From assembly GCA_963695345.1 (NCBI GenBank), contig OY968769.1:2446441-2510440 (forward strand): 64,000 bases of DNA, read 5' to 3'. Of the stretch, positions 1 through 10,251 are shown piece by piece. Under the pieces are notes generated by a model. It did not search any database, had not been told where the DNA came from, and worked only from the letters and a program-made list of their open reading frames with translations. This DNA comes from an uncultured Methanomassiliicoccales archaeon. GTDB lineage: Archaea; Thermoplasmatota; Thermoplasmata; Methanomassiliicoccales; UBA472. The stretch's first letter is position 1. Each line of letters begins with the position of its first letter. The position numbers and the translations under genes are program-made.

Positions 1-919
1 GGTTTATCGCCACCTGGTCCCTGAGCGACTGGATGAACCTGAGGACGGTCAGGAAATTGTTGTTGGTTATGAGATACTCCAGCCCGTCCAAGAGGATCAC
101 CCCCGAGTTGTTGGCCAGGAACTGTTCGAGCGAGTAGCTCAATTTCTCCAGGTCCTTCGGGCGCAGCGACTCTTCCTTCCCCACGTTCGACAGCCAAAGG
201 ATCTGAGTGTCGCCCAGATTGTACTTCGACTTGATCTTCAGGGGATAGTTCCGGGTAACGCAGAAGCCCTTGAGGTCCTGTGTCAACGCCTTCTCGAAGT
301 AGGAATAGGCCCTTTCGGACTTGTCCTCCTTGATCAGATAGGCATACGAACGCTCCAGTTCACCCACCGGCTTCGGTTTGACCTTCTCCTCTTCCTCTTC
401 CTCGACCAGGTCATCTCTGAACGCCGTTCCGCAGGCAGGGCATTTGAGCTCGTCGGGCTGCAGCTCGGCCCCGCAGGATTGGCATTTCACCACCGCTTGG
501 AAACCTCTGCCCTGGGCATATACCAGTAACGCGTCGATGGTCCTGGCGCCGAGCCCGCTCACCTTGGCCAGGTCTTCCTTCCCGGCGGCCGTGATCTTCT
601 CGATGCTGTCGAACCCCGCGTCATAGAGCATTTCTGCCTTGAGCCTGTTCATGCGGGGAACGCGGAGCAGGTAAGGCAGGAGCCTTTCCTTGGGCGTACC
701 CTTGTTCGACCTCGGGTCGCAGGCGGCGCATCTGCCGTCAGCATCCAGGGCCCCGCCGCAGTTATCGCACTTCCGACCCTCATCCTTCCTTATGAGATGG
801 TTGAAGATGCGCTTGGCATCGGACCGGGTGAACCCCTCCAAGTTGCCGAGCTTGTCCTCGCCCAGGTTCTTCAGGTCATCCATCGTGCAGAACCCTTTCT
901 CGGCCAAGCAAATGGCCAT
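1..919 (-). CDS. HhH + zinc-ribbon + DUF835-domain protein (3' end beyond window edge)
   Basis: Minus-strand translation reads MAICLAEKGFCTMDDLKNL...DLAKVSGLGARTIDALL (HhH), then KCQSCGAELQPDELKCPACG (zinc ribbon), then an acidic linker. The C-terminal ...TQILWLSNVGKEESLRPKDLEKLSYSLEQFLANNSGVILLDGLEYLITNNNFLTVLRFIQSLRDQVAIN matches DUF835. It is in frame with ileS with no intervening stop. Confidence 0.5.
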   Translation of the reverse strand, partial: MAICLAEKGFCTMDDLKNLGEDKLGNLEGFTRSDAKRIFNHLIRKDEGRKCDNCGGALDADGRCAACDPRSNKGTPKERLLPYLLRVPRMNRLKAEMLYDAGFDSIEKITAAGKEDLAKVSGLGARTIDALLVYAQGRGFQAVVKCQSCGAELQPDELKCPACGTAFRDDLVEEEEEEKVKPKPVGELERSYAYLIKEDKSERAYSYFEKALTQDLKGFCVTRNYPLKIKSKYNLGDTQILWLSNVGKEESLRPKDLEKLSYSLEQFLANNSGVILLDGLEYLITNNNFLTVLRFIQSLRDQVAIN

Positions 920-3900
920 CTTCTGGGTCAGTCCGGGTATGCCGGTCAGCTTGGTGATGGCCTCTTTTATGTGGGTCGAGGCGAGGGCAATCTCCATCTT
1001 GTGCCCCTCCACCTCCCAGGTCACGTTGTAGGTGCCGTTGGGGTCGTCGACGAAGTCCAGCTTCTTGGCCCTGGTCTCCGACATGATGTGCTCCTTCCAG
1101 ATCTTGAAGTACTCGGTGATCTTGGCGGGGGCGGTCACCTCCACCTTGACGAACTCCTCGACGTCCAGCTTCATGTCCTTTCGCATTTGCTGGATGCGTC
1201 GGATGATCTCCCTGGCGAAGCCCTCGGCCTCTATCTCCTGGGTTATCTCGAAGTCCAGGTAGACCTCGCCACCGCTGAACTTGGCCCCCACCACATCGTT
1301 CGGTAGGGACGAGGTGAACGAGACCATGTTGGGCTCGATCTTCACCAGCTGGCCTTCTATGCCGAGCGAGTACTCGCCCTTGTCTATGCTGTCCTTGATC
1401 TGCCTCGCCGGCCTGGATTTGAGCAGCACCGCTATCTTCGAGGACCATTGCCGGTAGACCTTGCCTATGGCGTGGGGGTTCGGGATCACGTTAAGGATCG
1501 TCTCCTCCCATTCCTGGCCCGGTTTTATGTACTGTACCGCTTTGGTGTTGGACTGGGCAAGCAGTATGTCGTCCAGCGCCATGATGGAGTCCATGGCCTC
1601 CTGGGTCGAGGCCTTGATGATGATGCGCTTCATGGGCCAGCGCAGCTTGACGTTGCGTGCCTGGCGCTCCCTGGTGATGATCTCCACCAGTTCCGCGCAT
1701 TCCTTCATGGAGGTCTCGAGACGCTCATCCACCTTGGTGAGGTCGGCCGTCGGCCACTCCAGCATGTGGACCGATCCCTTGGTCCCGTCCAGGTGCTGGT
1801 ATATGTCCTCGGTGGCGTGGGGGCAGAACGGCGCCAGCAACAGGTTCGTGGCCATTACCGAATCGAACAGGACCTTGTATGCGGCCAGCTTGTCCAGGTC
1901 GCCCTCCTCCTTCCACATCCTGTCCCTGATCAGACGCACGTACCAGCGGGAAAGGTCGTCCAGGACGAACTCCTCGATGGCCCGGCAGGCCTTGTGCAGG
2001 TCGTAGGTGTTGATGTTGCGGGTGACCTCATGCTTGAGCTTCTCGGTCTTGGAGATCAGCCAGCGGTCCTCGGAGCGCAGATGGCCCTTCAGCCGGTCAT
2101 AGTCCACCAGGGCCGGGTCGAACTTGTCGATGGCCATGTACTGGGTGGCGAAGTTGACCACGTTCCAGAAGACGTTGAGCATCTTTCTGGCGTTCTTCAC
2201 TCCCTCCGTCTGGAAGGCGATGTCCTCCCAGGGGGCGGACGACCGCAGCATGTAGAACCGGAGCGCGTCCGCGCCGTATTCAGCGATGACCTTGCTCGGC
2301 TCGATGACGTTGCCCTTGCTCTTGGACATCGGCTGTCCTGACGGGTCCAGCATCCAACCGTGCATGAGCACGCTCTCGTAAGGCGCCCGGCCGAAGGCTA
2401 TGCATCCGGCCGCCAGCTGGGAATAGAACCAACCTCTGGTCTGGTCCTGGGCCTCGGTGATCCAGCGTCCCGGCCACCAGCGGTCGAACTCCGTCCGCTT
2501 GCCCGGGAATCCCAGCTGCGCCCAGGAGGCCACCGCCGAATCGAACCATACGTCCAGGACGTCCGGGACCCGCCTCATGGTCTTGCTGCAGCGGGGGCAT
2601 TCGCAGGTCACCGAGTCGATCCATGGCCGGTGCAGCTCCATGTCCTTCCGGTAACCGTCCAGCTTTCTCCAGCTCGGCCACCGAGCCGACTACCTTGATC
2701 TCGCCGCAGGCGGCGCAGGTCCACACCGGGATCGGTATGCCCCAGTATCTCTGCCGGGAGATGCACCAATCCCGGGCGTTGAGCACCCAGTCGTACATGC
2801 GGGAGGAACCGGCCCAGTCCGGGGTCCAGCGGATCCTTTCGACCTCCTCGAGCATCAGGTTCTTTATCGGCGGTCACTTTGAGGAACCACTGCTGCGTGT
2901 TCCGGAAAATGACCGGCGTGTTGCATCTCCAGCAGTGTCCGAAACGGTGCTCGATGATGCCGCTCCAGAACAGGACGTTCTTCTCCTTGAGGTCCTCGAT
3001 GATCAATGGATTGGCCTTTTTGATATGCAATCCCCGATATTTCTCTCCGACATCGGAGTTGAACTTGCCGTTGGCGTCCACCGGGCAGAACGGATCGATG
3101 CCGAACTCCTTGCCCAGCTCGAAGTCCTCCGGACCGTGTCCGGGCGCGATATGCACCAGACCGGTGTTCTCGGGCTTCCACGGTCTTGGAGGGGATGACC
3201 TTATGCACCCACTTTCCGTTGACCTCCCTCTGGAAGGGTACCTCGTCGGCGAACGGCGATACATATTCCGTCCCCACCAGGTCGTCCCCCTCGATCGTTT
3301 CCAGGATATCGTACTTCTCCCAGCCGCCGATCTCCCGGATCTTCTCCACCAGCTCCTTCAGGACTATTACCGTCTCGGTCTCCCCGATCCGGCGGTAGCG
3401 GACCTTGTCATACTTGAAATCAGGATGGGCGGCCACCGCCATGTTCGCCGGCAAGGTCCATGGTGTGGTGGTCCATATGAGCAGGGATACCTTCTCATCG
3501 TTCCTCAGGGGGAACTTGACGTAGATCGAAGGGTCCTTCTCGTCCGAGTACTCGATCTCCGCCTCGGCCAGCGCCGTTTCGCAGCGGGGACATCCGGGCA
3601 GCACCCGGTTCGAAGTGACCAGAAGGCCCTTGTCATGGGCCCGCTTCAGCGTCCACCAGGCCGCCTCTATGTAGCTCGAGTTGATGGTGAGGTACGGGTT
3701 GTCCCAGTCCATCCAGACGCCCAGTTCGGAGAACTGCTCGTTCATCTTCTTCTGGAAGCCCAAGGCGAATTCCTTGCAGGTCCCGACGAAGCGGTCGATG
3801 CCGTATTCCTCGATCTCCTTCTTGTTCTTCACACCGATGGACTGCTCTACCTTGACCTCGATGGGCAGACCGTGCATATCATATCCAGGGGTGTCGGTGA

Positions 3901-4135
3901 CATTGAACCGCTGCATCCTCTTGAACCTGATGATGGTATCCTTGATGGTCTTGTTCCACGCCGTTCCCAGGTGGATGTATCCAGTGGTGTAGGGGGGACC
4001 ATCGACGAAGTAATAGTCAGGACCGCTCGCCCGGAGCTCCTTCGTCTTCTTGTAGGCATCGGTCTTGGTCCAGAATTCCCGGACCGCTTTCTCTAGTTTA
4101 GCAGGATTGTAACTGGCTTGGACTTGCTTTATCAT
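920..4135 (-). CDS. ileS: isoleucyl-tRNA synthetase (frameshifted in this assembly; 3' boundary uncertain)
   Basis: Start is MIKQVQASYNPAKLEKAVREFWTK, followed by HLGTAWNKTIKD, WTTTPWTLP, GHGPEDFELG, WCISRQRYWGIPIP and KMSKSKGN. The reading frame switches at about 3180, 2860 and 2690. No in-frame stop separates it from the downstream DUF835 gene. Confidence 0.85.
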
Positions 4136-4330
4136 CGCCGTCCCTTCTGTCGCCCAGATGCCGCCAGACAATATAAACTACATGGTCCAGAAAGCTGTGC
4201 TTCGTAACATCGGCATTGAGGGGACCGCAATAAATTGGCCGGTCATCTTATTAAGGTTCCTTTCCCAGGAACGGAAAACGAAATCATATGTCCGGAACAA
4301 CGCGTTTGCCGATCATTTCCGGGACCCGGC

Positions 4331-5356
4331 TCAGAACATGTCCAGGCTGGACTGGTTCTTGGTCTCCTTCTTGACCTTCTTGGGGATCATCTTGTCCAGG
4401 GCGGAATTCACCCTTTGTTCCGAGAAATCGTATTGGCCGACCAACATCTCCACCACCTTTGGCCGGTCCGGCTCCTTCCATTCGAGGGTGTAGTTGTCGG
4501 TCTTCTCGAAATCCAGGAACAATCCCTTGACCTTGTCGTACTCGGGAAAGACCTTGTCGATCGACCCCATGGCTTTCTCGAAGTTGCCATGCTCCCTGAC
4601 CAGCTTCAGCGCGCGCTTGGGACCGATACCGCTGACCCCAACGTTGTAATCGGTGCCCATCATGATGCAGAGGTCGATCAGCTGTTCCCGGGTTATTTCC
4701 AGTTCCCTCAGGGCCAGGTCCGCTTCGATGATCTCCATCTTCACGTCCCGGTACTCGTTCCGCCCGGGCATCTTCCGCCGCCCTGCCAGTGTCAGGTTCC
4801 GCAGCAGCCTCGGGGCGCCGAACAGCAGCGAGTCGAAATCCTGGGAGGATGCCGCCCAGACGATGCCCTTCTGTGCCATATAGGCGGCCTGCGCCTCCCC
4901 TTCCTCCGCCGCCTGGACGACCGGGATGCCGAGATGGGTCAACAATATCCGCGAGGATTCCACGATCTCGTTCGTGATACGCGATGATTGGGTGGCCTTG
5001 GAGAATGCCTTTTCCGTCTCTCCCTTCTCCATCGAGGTCTGCCAATCCTGCTGGGCCTTCACCCGGCGTTCGTGCCGGTCCTGGATCGTTCCGCTCTTCA
5101 TCTCCGAGGGGATGCCGTCGAAAACATAGGCGGGGCGAACCCCCATCTCGATGAGGTTCGCGTTCCTGTTGAGCAGGCCAGACAGATGTGAGGTGATCCT
5201 TCCCTTGCCGTCCTTCAGAGGTGTCCCGTCTGGTTGGCGTATCACCGACAGGAACTGGTAGATGGCGTTATAGGCGTCGATGGCCACGCTCTTGCCCTGC
5301 AGCTCCTCCGGAGTGACATCCCTTGCCTTGATGATGTCCGCCAGGTTCACGCCCAT
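4331..5356 (-). CDS. fen: flap endonuclease FEN-1
   Basis: Intact 341-aa ORF MGVNLADII...AIDAYNAIYQF...GIPVVQAAEEGEAQAAY...GTDYNVGVSGIGPKRALKL with a C-terminal PIP-like QSSLDMF. Confidence 0.9.
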   Translation of the reverse strand: MGVNLADIIKARDVTPEELQGKSVAIDAYNAIYQFLSVIRQPDGTPLKDGKGRITSHLSGLLNRNANLIEMGVRPAYVFDGIPSEMKSGTIQDRHERRVKAQQDWQTSMEKGETEKAFSKATQSSRITNEIVESSRILLTHLGIPVVQAAEEGEAQAAYMAQKGIVWAASSQDFDSLLFGAPRLLRNLTLAGRRKMPGRNEYRDVKMEIIEADLALRELEITREQLIDLCIMMGTDYNVGVSGIGPKRALKLVREHGNFEKAMGSIDKVFPEYDKVKGLFLDFEKTDNYTLEWKEPDRPKVVEMLVGQYDFSEQRVNSALDKMIPKKVKKETKNQSSLDMF

Positions 5357-5561
5357 TCCGTGCCGCCTCCTTTAGCCGTCAATCCTGAGCCCTGCCCTCT
5401 GAATCATCCACTGGAATTATAACCATTTCGTGGAACGGTTCTTTGATGATATCGGGGTTCTTGACATCCTCTGACCCTAAATCCAGCCAGCATTGACCCG
5501 GCCATGAAAATCCGGCTATGATGCAAACAATTATTATCCGACCCTTACCTAGTTTATCGCC

Positions 5562-5774
5562 ATGGAGTACTCGGGAGGTTCCAAGGAGAAGAAACCGGTG
5601 GAGGAAGGACACACATACACCGTAACGATTTCTGACATCGGGTCCCAGGGTGATGGAGTTGGGAAGATCGAGGGGTTTGTCATCATTGTGCCGGACACGA
5701 AGATCGGCGAAACGGTCCAGGTCCGCATCAACCGGGTCAGCAAGAAGGTGGCCTTCGGCACGTTGGTGAAATGA
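5562..5774 (+). CDS. TRAM-domain protein
   Basis: 70 aa. GHTYTVTISDIGSQGDGVGKIEGFVIIVPDTKIGETVQVRINRVSKKVAFG is the typical standalone archaeal TRAM fold. Confidence 0.75.
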   Translation: MEYSGGSKEKKPVEEGHTYTVTISDIGSQGDGVGKIEGFVIIVPDTKIGETVQVRINRVSKKVAFGTLVK

Positions 5775-5957
5775 TCATTCCTTGAACTGGGGCATGTACA
5801 GCAAGACCATCGCGATCCCGATCCATACCAGGATGGCCATGAATACGCAGATCCCCGCATTGAAGGCCATCGCCAATACCAGAAGAATCAGGGGTAGGAC
5901 TACTGTAAGCAGTATCAGCTGGTGTCTCTTCGTGAATTCCATGAGGCCACTCAGCAC
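5775..5957 (-). CDS. small hydrophobic membrane protein (hypothetical)
   Basis: 60-aa ORF with two predicted TM helices (LILLTVVLPLILLVLAMAF...ICVFMAILVWIGIAMVLLY). No homology support. Confidence 0.3.
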   Translation of the reverse strand: MLSGLMEFTKRHQLILLTVVLPLILLVLAMAFNAGICVFMAILVWIGIAMVLLYMPQFKE

Positions 5958-6055
5958 GGAATGAGAGGGGGCATTTATTTACCTTTCCCCTTCAAAATGA
6001 TTCCAGATGCGCTCCCGGCCGATTTCAACCGATGCGTTCTGGCGGAAACCGGGGT

Positions 6056-6466
6056 TTAGTCCTTCTCCTTGGCCTTGTTGACGAACTTGAGCCCAGACCA
6101 CGTGTCATCGATGGAAGACACCTTGACATCGACCATTCCGTTGGTGACTCCAACCTCGCGCACCATCGCGCCGGTTAGGTCCGTCTTCATCTTGGAAGAG
6201 CCTTTCGGCCAACATACCCAGATGATGCCCTCGTGCTTGATGGACTCGAGGAGCTTGGGGAACGTGGTGTCCACTTCTTTCTTGCTCTTGCTGAACATCT
6301 GCACAAAATCAAGCTCTTCGGTGATATCATCGACCACCACAACGTTCTTTGGAAGCCTGCCGAGGACCTCGTCGAATCCCTGGGGTGAGTTGATGAACAG
6401 GAGTTTCATCCCGTCCTTTATTCCAAGCTTTGTGACCAATGATTTCTTAGATCCAATTCGGGCCAT
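6056..6466 (-). CDS. DUF3052-family protein
   Basis: MARIGSKKSLVTKLGIKDGMKLLFINSP...IIWVCWPKGSSKMKTDLT...DVKVSSIDDTWSGLKF matches the DUF3052 consensus (LGIKpGm...WvaWPK...DvKv...WsGLrF). Confidence 0.65.
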   Translation of the reverse strand: MARIGSKKSLVTKLGIKDGMKLLFINSPQGFDEVLGRLPKNVVVVDDITEELDFVQMFSKSKKEVDTTFPKLLESIKHEGIIWVCWPKGSSKMKTDLTGAMVREVGVTNGMVDVKVSSIDDTWSGLKFVNKAKEKD

Positions 6467-6609
6467 GGGATTTCCTTTCGGGGAGCGGGTATCACCTAAA
6501 GTAGCATTTGACTTTTGGTATACGAGCCCGGAGATAGCGTTCATCATTAATAAAATGTCGATTCTCTTGGAGACTCAAAATCGACTATTATTTGGATGTC
6601 TGGGTATCC

Positions 6610-7257
6610 CTAAAACTTGTGCCAGGCTCCTATCTCGGCCTTCATGTCCTTGGAACCGAAGAGCGCGCTGCCCGCGGCCAGGGCGGAAGCACCCGCCCGG
6701 ACACACCTTGAACCGGTGTCGGCATTGATGCCCCCGTCGATCTCAATATCGAATCCCAGGCCGTTCTGGTCCGCATAGTCCCGGGCCATGGTTATCTTGG
6801 GGACCACCTCTTCCATGAAGGATTGTCCCCCGAAACCGGGATGGACGGTCATGATCAGCAGGAGATCGATCTCATTCAGATAGGGCAGCACGGCCTCGAA
6901 GGGCGTCTCCGGGTTGATGGAGATGCCCGCCCGCTTTCCCATCGAACGGATCTTGGACAGAGTCCCGGAGATATGGTCCGAGGCTTCGACATGGATGGTG
7001 ATGAAATCGGCACCGGACCGGGCGAACGCCTCAATGTAGCGTTCCGGTTGGACTATCATCAGGTGCACATCGAAAGGGAGCTTGGTATGCGGCCGGATCT
7101 TCCTGATGACCTCTGGCCCTATGGTGATGTTGGGGACGAACATACCGTCCATCACGTCGACATGGACCCAGTCCGCACCCGCCTCCTCGATCCTCCGCAC
7201 CTCGTTCGCCAGCGCCCCGAAGTCTGCCGAAAGAATGGATGGAGCTACCTTGATCAT
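6610..7257 (-). CDS. rpe: ribulose-phosphate 3-epimerase
   Basis: Intact 215-aa ORF: MIKVAPSILSADFGAL, HVDVMDGMFVPNITIGP, DVHLMI, MTVHPGFGGQSF, DGGIN. Confidence 0.9.
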   Translation of the reverse strand: MIKVAPSILSADFGALANEVRRIEEAGADWVHVDVMDGMFVPNITIGPEVIRKIRPHTKLPFDVHLMIVQPERYIEAFARSGADFITIHVEASDHISGTLSKIRSMGKRAGISINPETPFEAVLPYLNEIDLLLIMTVHPGFGGQSFMEEVVPKITMARDYADQNGLGFDIEIDGGINADTGSRCVRAGASALAAGSALFGSKDMKAEIGAWHKF

Positions 7258-7274
7258 CTTGACACGCCTCCTAC

Positions 7275-7694
7275 CTATGGGACCACCATGACCGGCACTT
7301 TCGAGAACTGGACCACCCGGGAGGAGACGCTTCCCATGAGGAAGCGCGCCAAACCGCTGATGCCCCTGGAACCTACGATCACCAGGTCATAATCCTTCTC
7401 TGAGAGGTCCAGGATGGCCTCTGCCGGATTGCCCAGCATTACCTTCTGGAGCGTCCTCAGGCCGGCCTCCTCACAGACCATCCTTGCCTGATAGAGCTTC
7501 ATCTCGCCCTTGGCCTGTTCCGCCTCCTCCGTCGTCGGCATCCCGGTGTAGTAGGCCGACTCGGTCGGTTGGAGCACATGAAGGAGGGTGATCTCGGAAT
7601 GGAACGGGGCGGCGATATCTGCCGCCATCCGTGCCGCGCGGAGCGAGTTCTCAGAACCGTCCACTCCGACCAATATCCGGTTGAGCACAGTCAT
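7275..7694 (-). CDS. universal stress protein (UspA family)
   Basis: 139 aa. ILVGVDGSENSLRAARMAADIA...DLVIVGSRGISGLARFLMGSVSSRVVQFSKVPVMVV. Confidence 0.85.
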   Translation of the reverse strand: MTVLNRILVGVDGSENSLRAARMAADIAAPFHSEITLLHVLQPTESAYYTGMPTTEEAEQAKGEMKLYQARMVCEEAGLRTLQKVMLGNPAEAILDLSEKDYDLVIVGSRGISGLARFLMGSVSSRVVQFSKVPVMVVP

Positions 7695-7794
7695 TCGATC
7701 GTCCGGTGATGGAACCAGACGAACATAATGTTGTCGATGTTCGGGCGATACTCAGGGCAAAACGTTAAAATGAAGGTGAGCGAATGCCAGACTC

Positions 7795-8007
7795 ATGGCA
7801 GAGACCCACCATGCGGTAGAGAAAGAGGAACCCTGTGACGTCGCAGGATGCGGAAAACCGGCCGAGAGGTCAATTTCGCAGAACAGCGCCCAAGAGGCAG
7901 GGCTCGCTGTCGATGAGGACCTGAAACGGGTCCATCTGTGCAAGGAGCACTACAAGTCCTACAAGAAAGCGACGAAGACTGAGAGAAAGATCGGCTCCAT
8001 ACGTTAG
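7795..8007 (+). CDS. small zinc-finger protein (hypothetical)
   Basis: 70 aa with CDVAGCGK...HLCKEHYKSYKK, a Cys/His-containing metal-binding-like motif. Confidence 0.4.
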   Translation: MAETHHAVEKEEPCDVAGCGKPAERSISQNSAQEAGLAVDEDLKRVHLCKEHYKSYKKATKTERKIGSIR

Positions 8008-8058
8008 ACGGTAACAAACCCGGAAAGGATTAAGGCCTGCGAAGGTTTCCACCGGTGG

Positions 8059-9159
8059 ATGAAGGTCGCGTGGATCCAAGTTCTATCCAGCGCTGGGCTT
8101 TCCGGCTCCGCGTTGCTGATCCCGAACATGCTTCGGGGGGATTTTGGCGCCAACACCATCGAGATCGGCCTCATCACCGCAGTTTTCAACGCCGCCGTCT
8201 TCTCCTCCTCATGGATATTCGGCAGGGCCACCGACGTACACGGTAAAAGACGCATATTGCGGATGGGGCTGCTGATAACCTCCATCGCCCTTATCCTTCA
8301 GGTATTCGCCCACGACACCATGATGCTGGGCCTTTCCCGGATATTCGTGGGAATGGCCTGCGGCATCTATCCCTCCGCCCTGCTTTGCCACGTATACGAG
8401 AGCGACAAGAAGGTGGGCAAGTTCAGTGCCTTCGGCAGCCTGGGCTTCGGTGTCGGAACCTTCCTGGCAGGCGCCATCGGGATATATTACGGCATATTCA
8501 TCGTGAGCGGGGCCATGCTCTTCCTGGCGTTCCTCATCTCGCTCTATCTGCCGTTCCATGCGGAGCGTTGCCATAAGGTACCATATTTCCCGGCGAAGAT
8601 AATCAGGCGCAATTTCCCGGTGTACATTTCGGTCATGTTCCGGCATATCGGCGCCAACATGATATGGGTGGTTTACGCGCTGTTCCTGGCCGACCTGGGG
8701 GCGGACCCGCTATTCATCGGTCTGGTCTACGGCATCAATGCCGGGGCCCAGTTCGTTTTCATGAACTTCGTCGATCGTTTCGGGTCGAGGAGGCTGGTGC
8801 TCTTCGGGTTCATATTCTCCATGCTGACCTTCCCATCGTACACGCTGGCCACCAGCTACTGGATGATAATCCCGAGCCAGGTGATGATCGCCGCCTCGTG
8901 GTCCTGCCTCTATGTGGGCTCGGTCAAATACATCATGGAGCGGAACGAGGAGAAAGGGACCAGCGCCGGACTGCTGCAGTCCTTCCTCAGCATCTCGGCG
9001 ATCGCCGGGGCATTGATCGGAGGAATGGCCACCTTCAGCCTGGGATATCATGGGACCATGTACTTGGCCACGGTAATGGCCGTGCTGGGCCTGGTAGTGT
9101 TCTTCTTCAGCAACAAATGGATGGAGCGCCACGACGCAAAAGAGCTTAATGCATCATGA
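8059..9159 (+). CDS. MFS transporter
   Basis: Intact 366-aa ORF, 12-TM pattern with MFS-like loops (GRATDVHGKRRILRMG; DRFGSRRL). The 3' end (KELNAS*) lies inside the 25-bp direct repeat. Confidence 0.8.
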   Translation: MKVAWIQVLSSAGLSGSALLIPNMLRGDFGANTIEIGLITAVFNAAVFSSSWIFGRATDVHGKRRILRMGLLITSIALILQVFAHDTMMLGLSRIFVGMACGIYPSALLCHVYESDKKVGKFSAFGSLGFGVGTFLAGAIGIYYGIFIVSGAMLFLAFLISLYLPFHAERCHKVPYFPAKIIRRNFPVYISVMFRHIGANMIWVVYALFLADLGADPLFIGLVYGINAGAQFVFMNFVDRFGSRRLVLFGFIFSMLTFPSYTLATSYWMIIPSQVMIAASWSCLYVGSVKYIMERNEEKGTSAGLLQSFLSISAIAGALIGGMATFSLGYHGTMYLATVMAVLGLVVFFFSNKWMERHDAKELNAS

Positions 9160-9160
9160 T
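9136..9160. repeat. 25-bp direct repeat copy 1 (gcaaaagagcttaatgcatcatgat), putative att site
   Basis: Identical 25-mer recurs at 10252-10276. It overlaps the MFS stop codon. Confidence 0.8.
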
Positions 9161-9620
9161 TTGACTGGCTCAGGGGCTTCGGGGCAAGCTTGTCCATCGC
9201 TGCGGCAAGACGGTCCTCCGTCACACCGATATAGCACTTGAAGGTCGTGTTCGGGTTGTCGTGCCTCATCAGCAAGGCGATCGTCTCCAATTCTACACCC
9301 TGCTCCCAAAGCCGATATCCGAATGTCCTCCGCATGTCGCGGGGGCGGAACTTCACTCCTGACGCCTGCGAAATCTCCGCCACTTGATGCCTCGTCGACT
9401 TGGTTCATTGGCTTCGGGCCGAATTTCCCCGTCCACATGAGGAAGGTCCCGTTCGCCAGAAACTTCGCTGCCCGTAGCTCCATGGACTGCTCGATGTATG
9501 CCTTGGCGTACTTGTTTGCCTTCTGCCAGGCGACTTTCCCACCGTTCCTGCCCTTCCCCCGGATCATTGACCCATTCAGGGACAGGAATTCCAAGGCGTT
9601 CACCTGTGTTAGCCTGCACA
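9160..9620 (-). pseudogene. tyrosine recombinase/integrase, C-terminal catalytic fragment (N-terminally truncated, frameshifted)
   Basis: ALEFLSLNGSMIRGKGRNGGKVAWQKANKYAKAYIEQ, then after a frameshift RPRDMRRTFGYRLWEQGVELETIALLMRHDNPNTTFKCYIGV (R..HxxR..Y catalytic motifs). No N-terminal domain is present. Confidence 0.7.
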
Positions 9621-10004
9621 TGTCGACCGGACGCAACCAATATCATCGGAGCGGCACCGGGAACGCACTACCTCGACATCTCCGCCGACGGCAACTGGAC
9701 TGTGACTATCGAGCAACCGAGGACGAGCTCGGCTCCAGCAATACCGCAGACCCTCACAGGGACGAGCGACGACGCCAAGGCGGTCATGCTGACGTCCGGG
9801 GCGATCAAGTTCGACATGAGCTATATCGGGGACGGCAACTTCATCGACCTGGTTTACGACGCTGATGGTAATGCTGAGGGGTTGCTCGCCAACGAGATCG
9901 ATACGTACTCCGGATCGAAGTCCATCAGCGTGACGACGCCCGGGATACACTACCTCTACATCACCGGCATCGGCTCCTGGAGCATCACCGTCACGCATCT
10001 GTGA
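9498..10004 (+). CDS. fragment of a beta-rich secreted-type protein (hypothetical), inside the element remnant
   Basis: Only the distal part reads protein-like (THYLDISADGNWTVTIEQP...GIHYLYITGIGSWSITVTHL). The N-terminal part of the ORF is probably spurious. Confidence 0.3.
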   Translation: MPWRTCLPSARRLSHRSCPSPGSLTHSGTGIPRRSPVLACTCRPDATNIIGAAPGTHYLDISADGNWTVTIEQPRTSSAPAIPQTLTGTSDDAKAVMLTSGAIKFDMSYIGDGNFIDLVYDADGNAEGLLANEIDTYSGSKSISVTTPGIHYLYITGIGSWSITVTHL

Positions 10005-10251
10005 ATGGAATTTCGGGATAGCTCCAAACCTCAAATCTATCGACCAAAGTGGAGTTCCTGCTTCTTCAGGCCGTGCTTCCCGTTGAGGGCCGAATTGTCG
10101 GCAATTATGTACTCATCGCAGAAGTGACAGAGGTTGTGCTGTCTATTACCACAATGTTGCCCCGCCTTTGGTCAACACCGGCCATCTCCAAGAGTGAAAG
10201 GACCTGTTCCCGGACCTTGCCCCTTCCGTCCAATCCAGTCAGACGGACCGG

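Noticed and set aside
797-2341. Several long plus-strand ORFs (797..1306, 1448..2341, 1461..2006) and minus 876..1448 overlapping ileS
   Set aside because: Gly/Arg/His/Pro-rich products typical of wrong-frame translation of GC-rich coding DNA. The minus-strand ileS frame carries unmistakable IleRS motifs.
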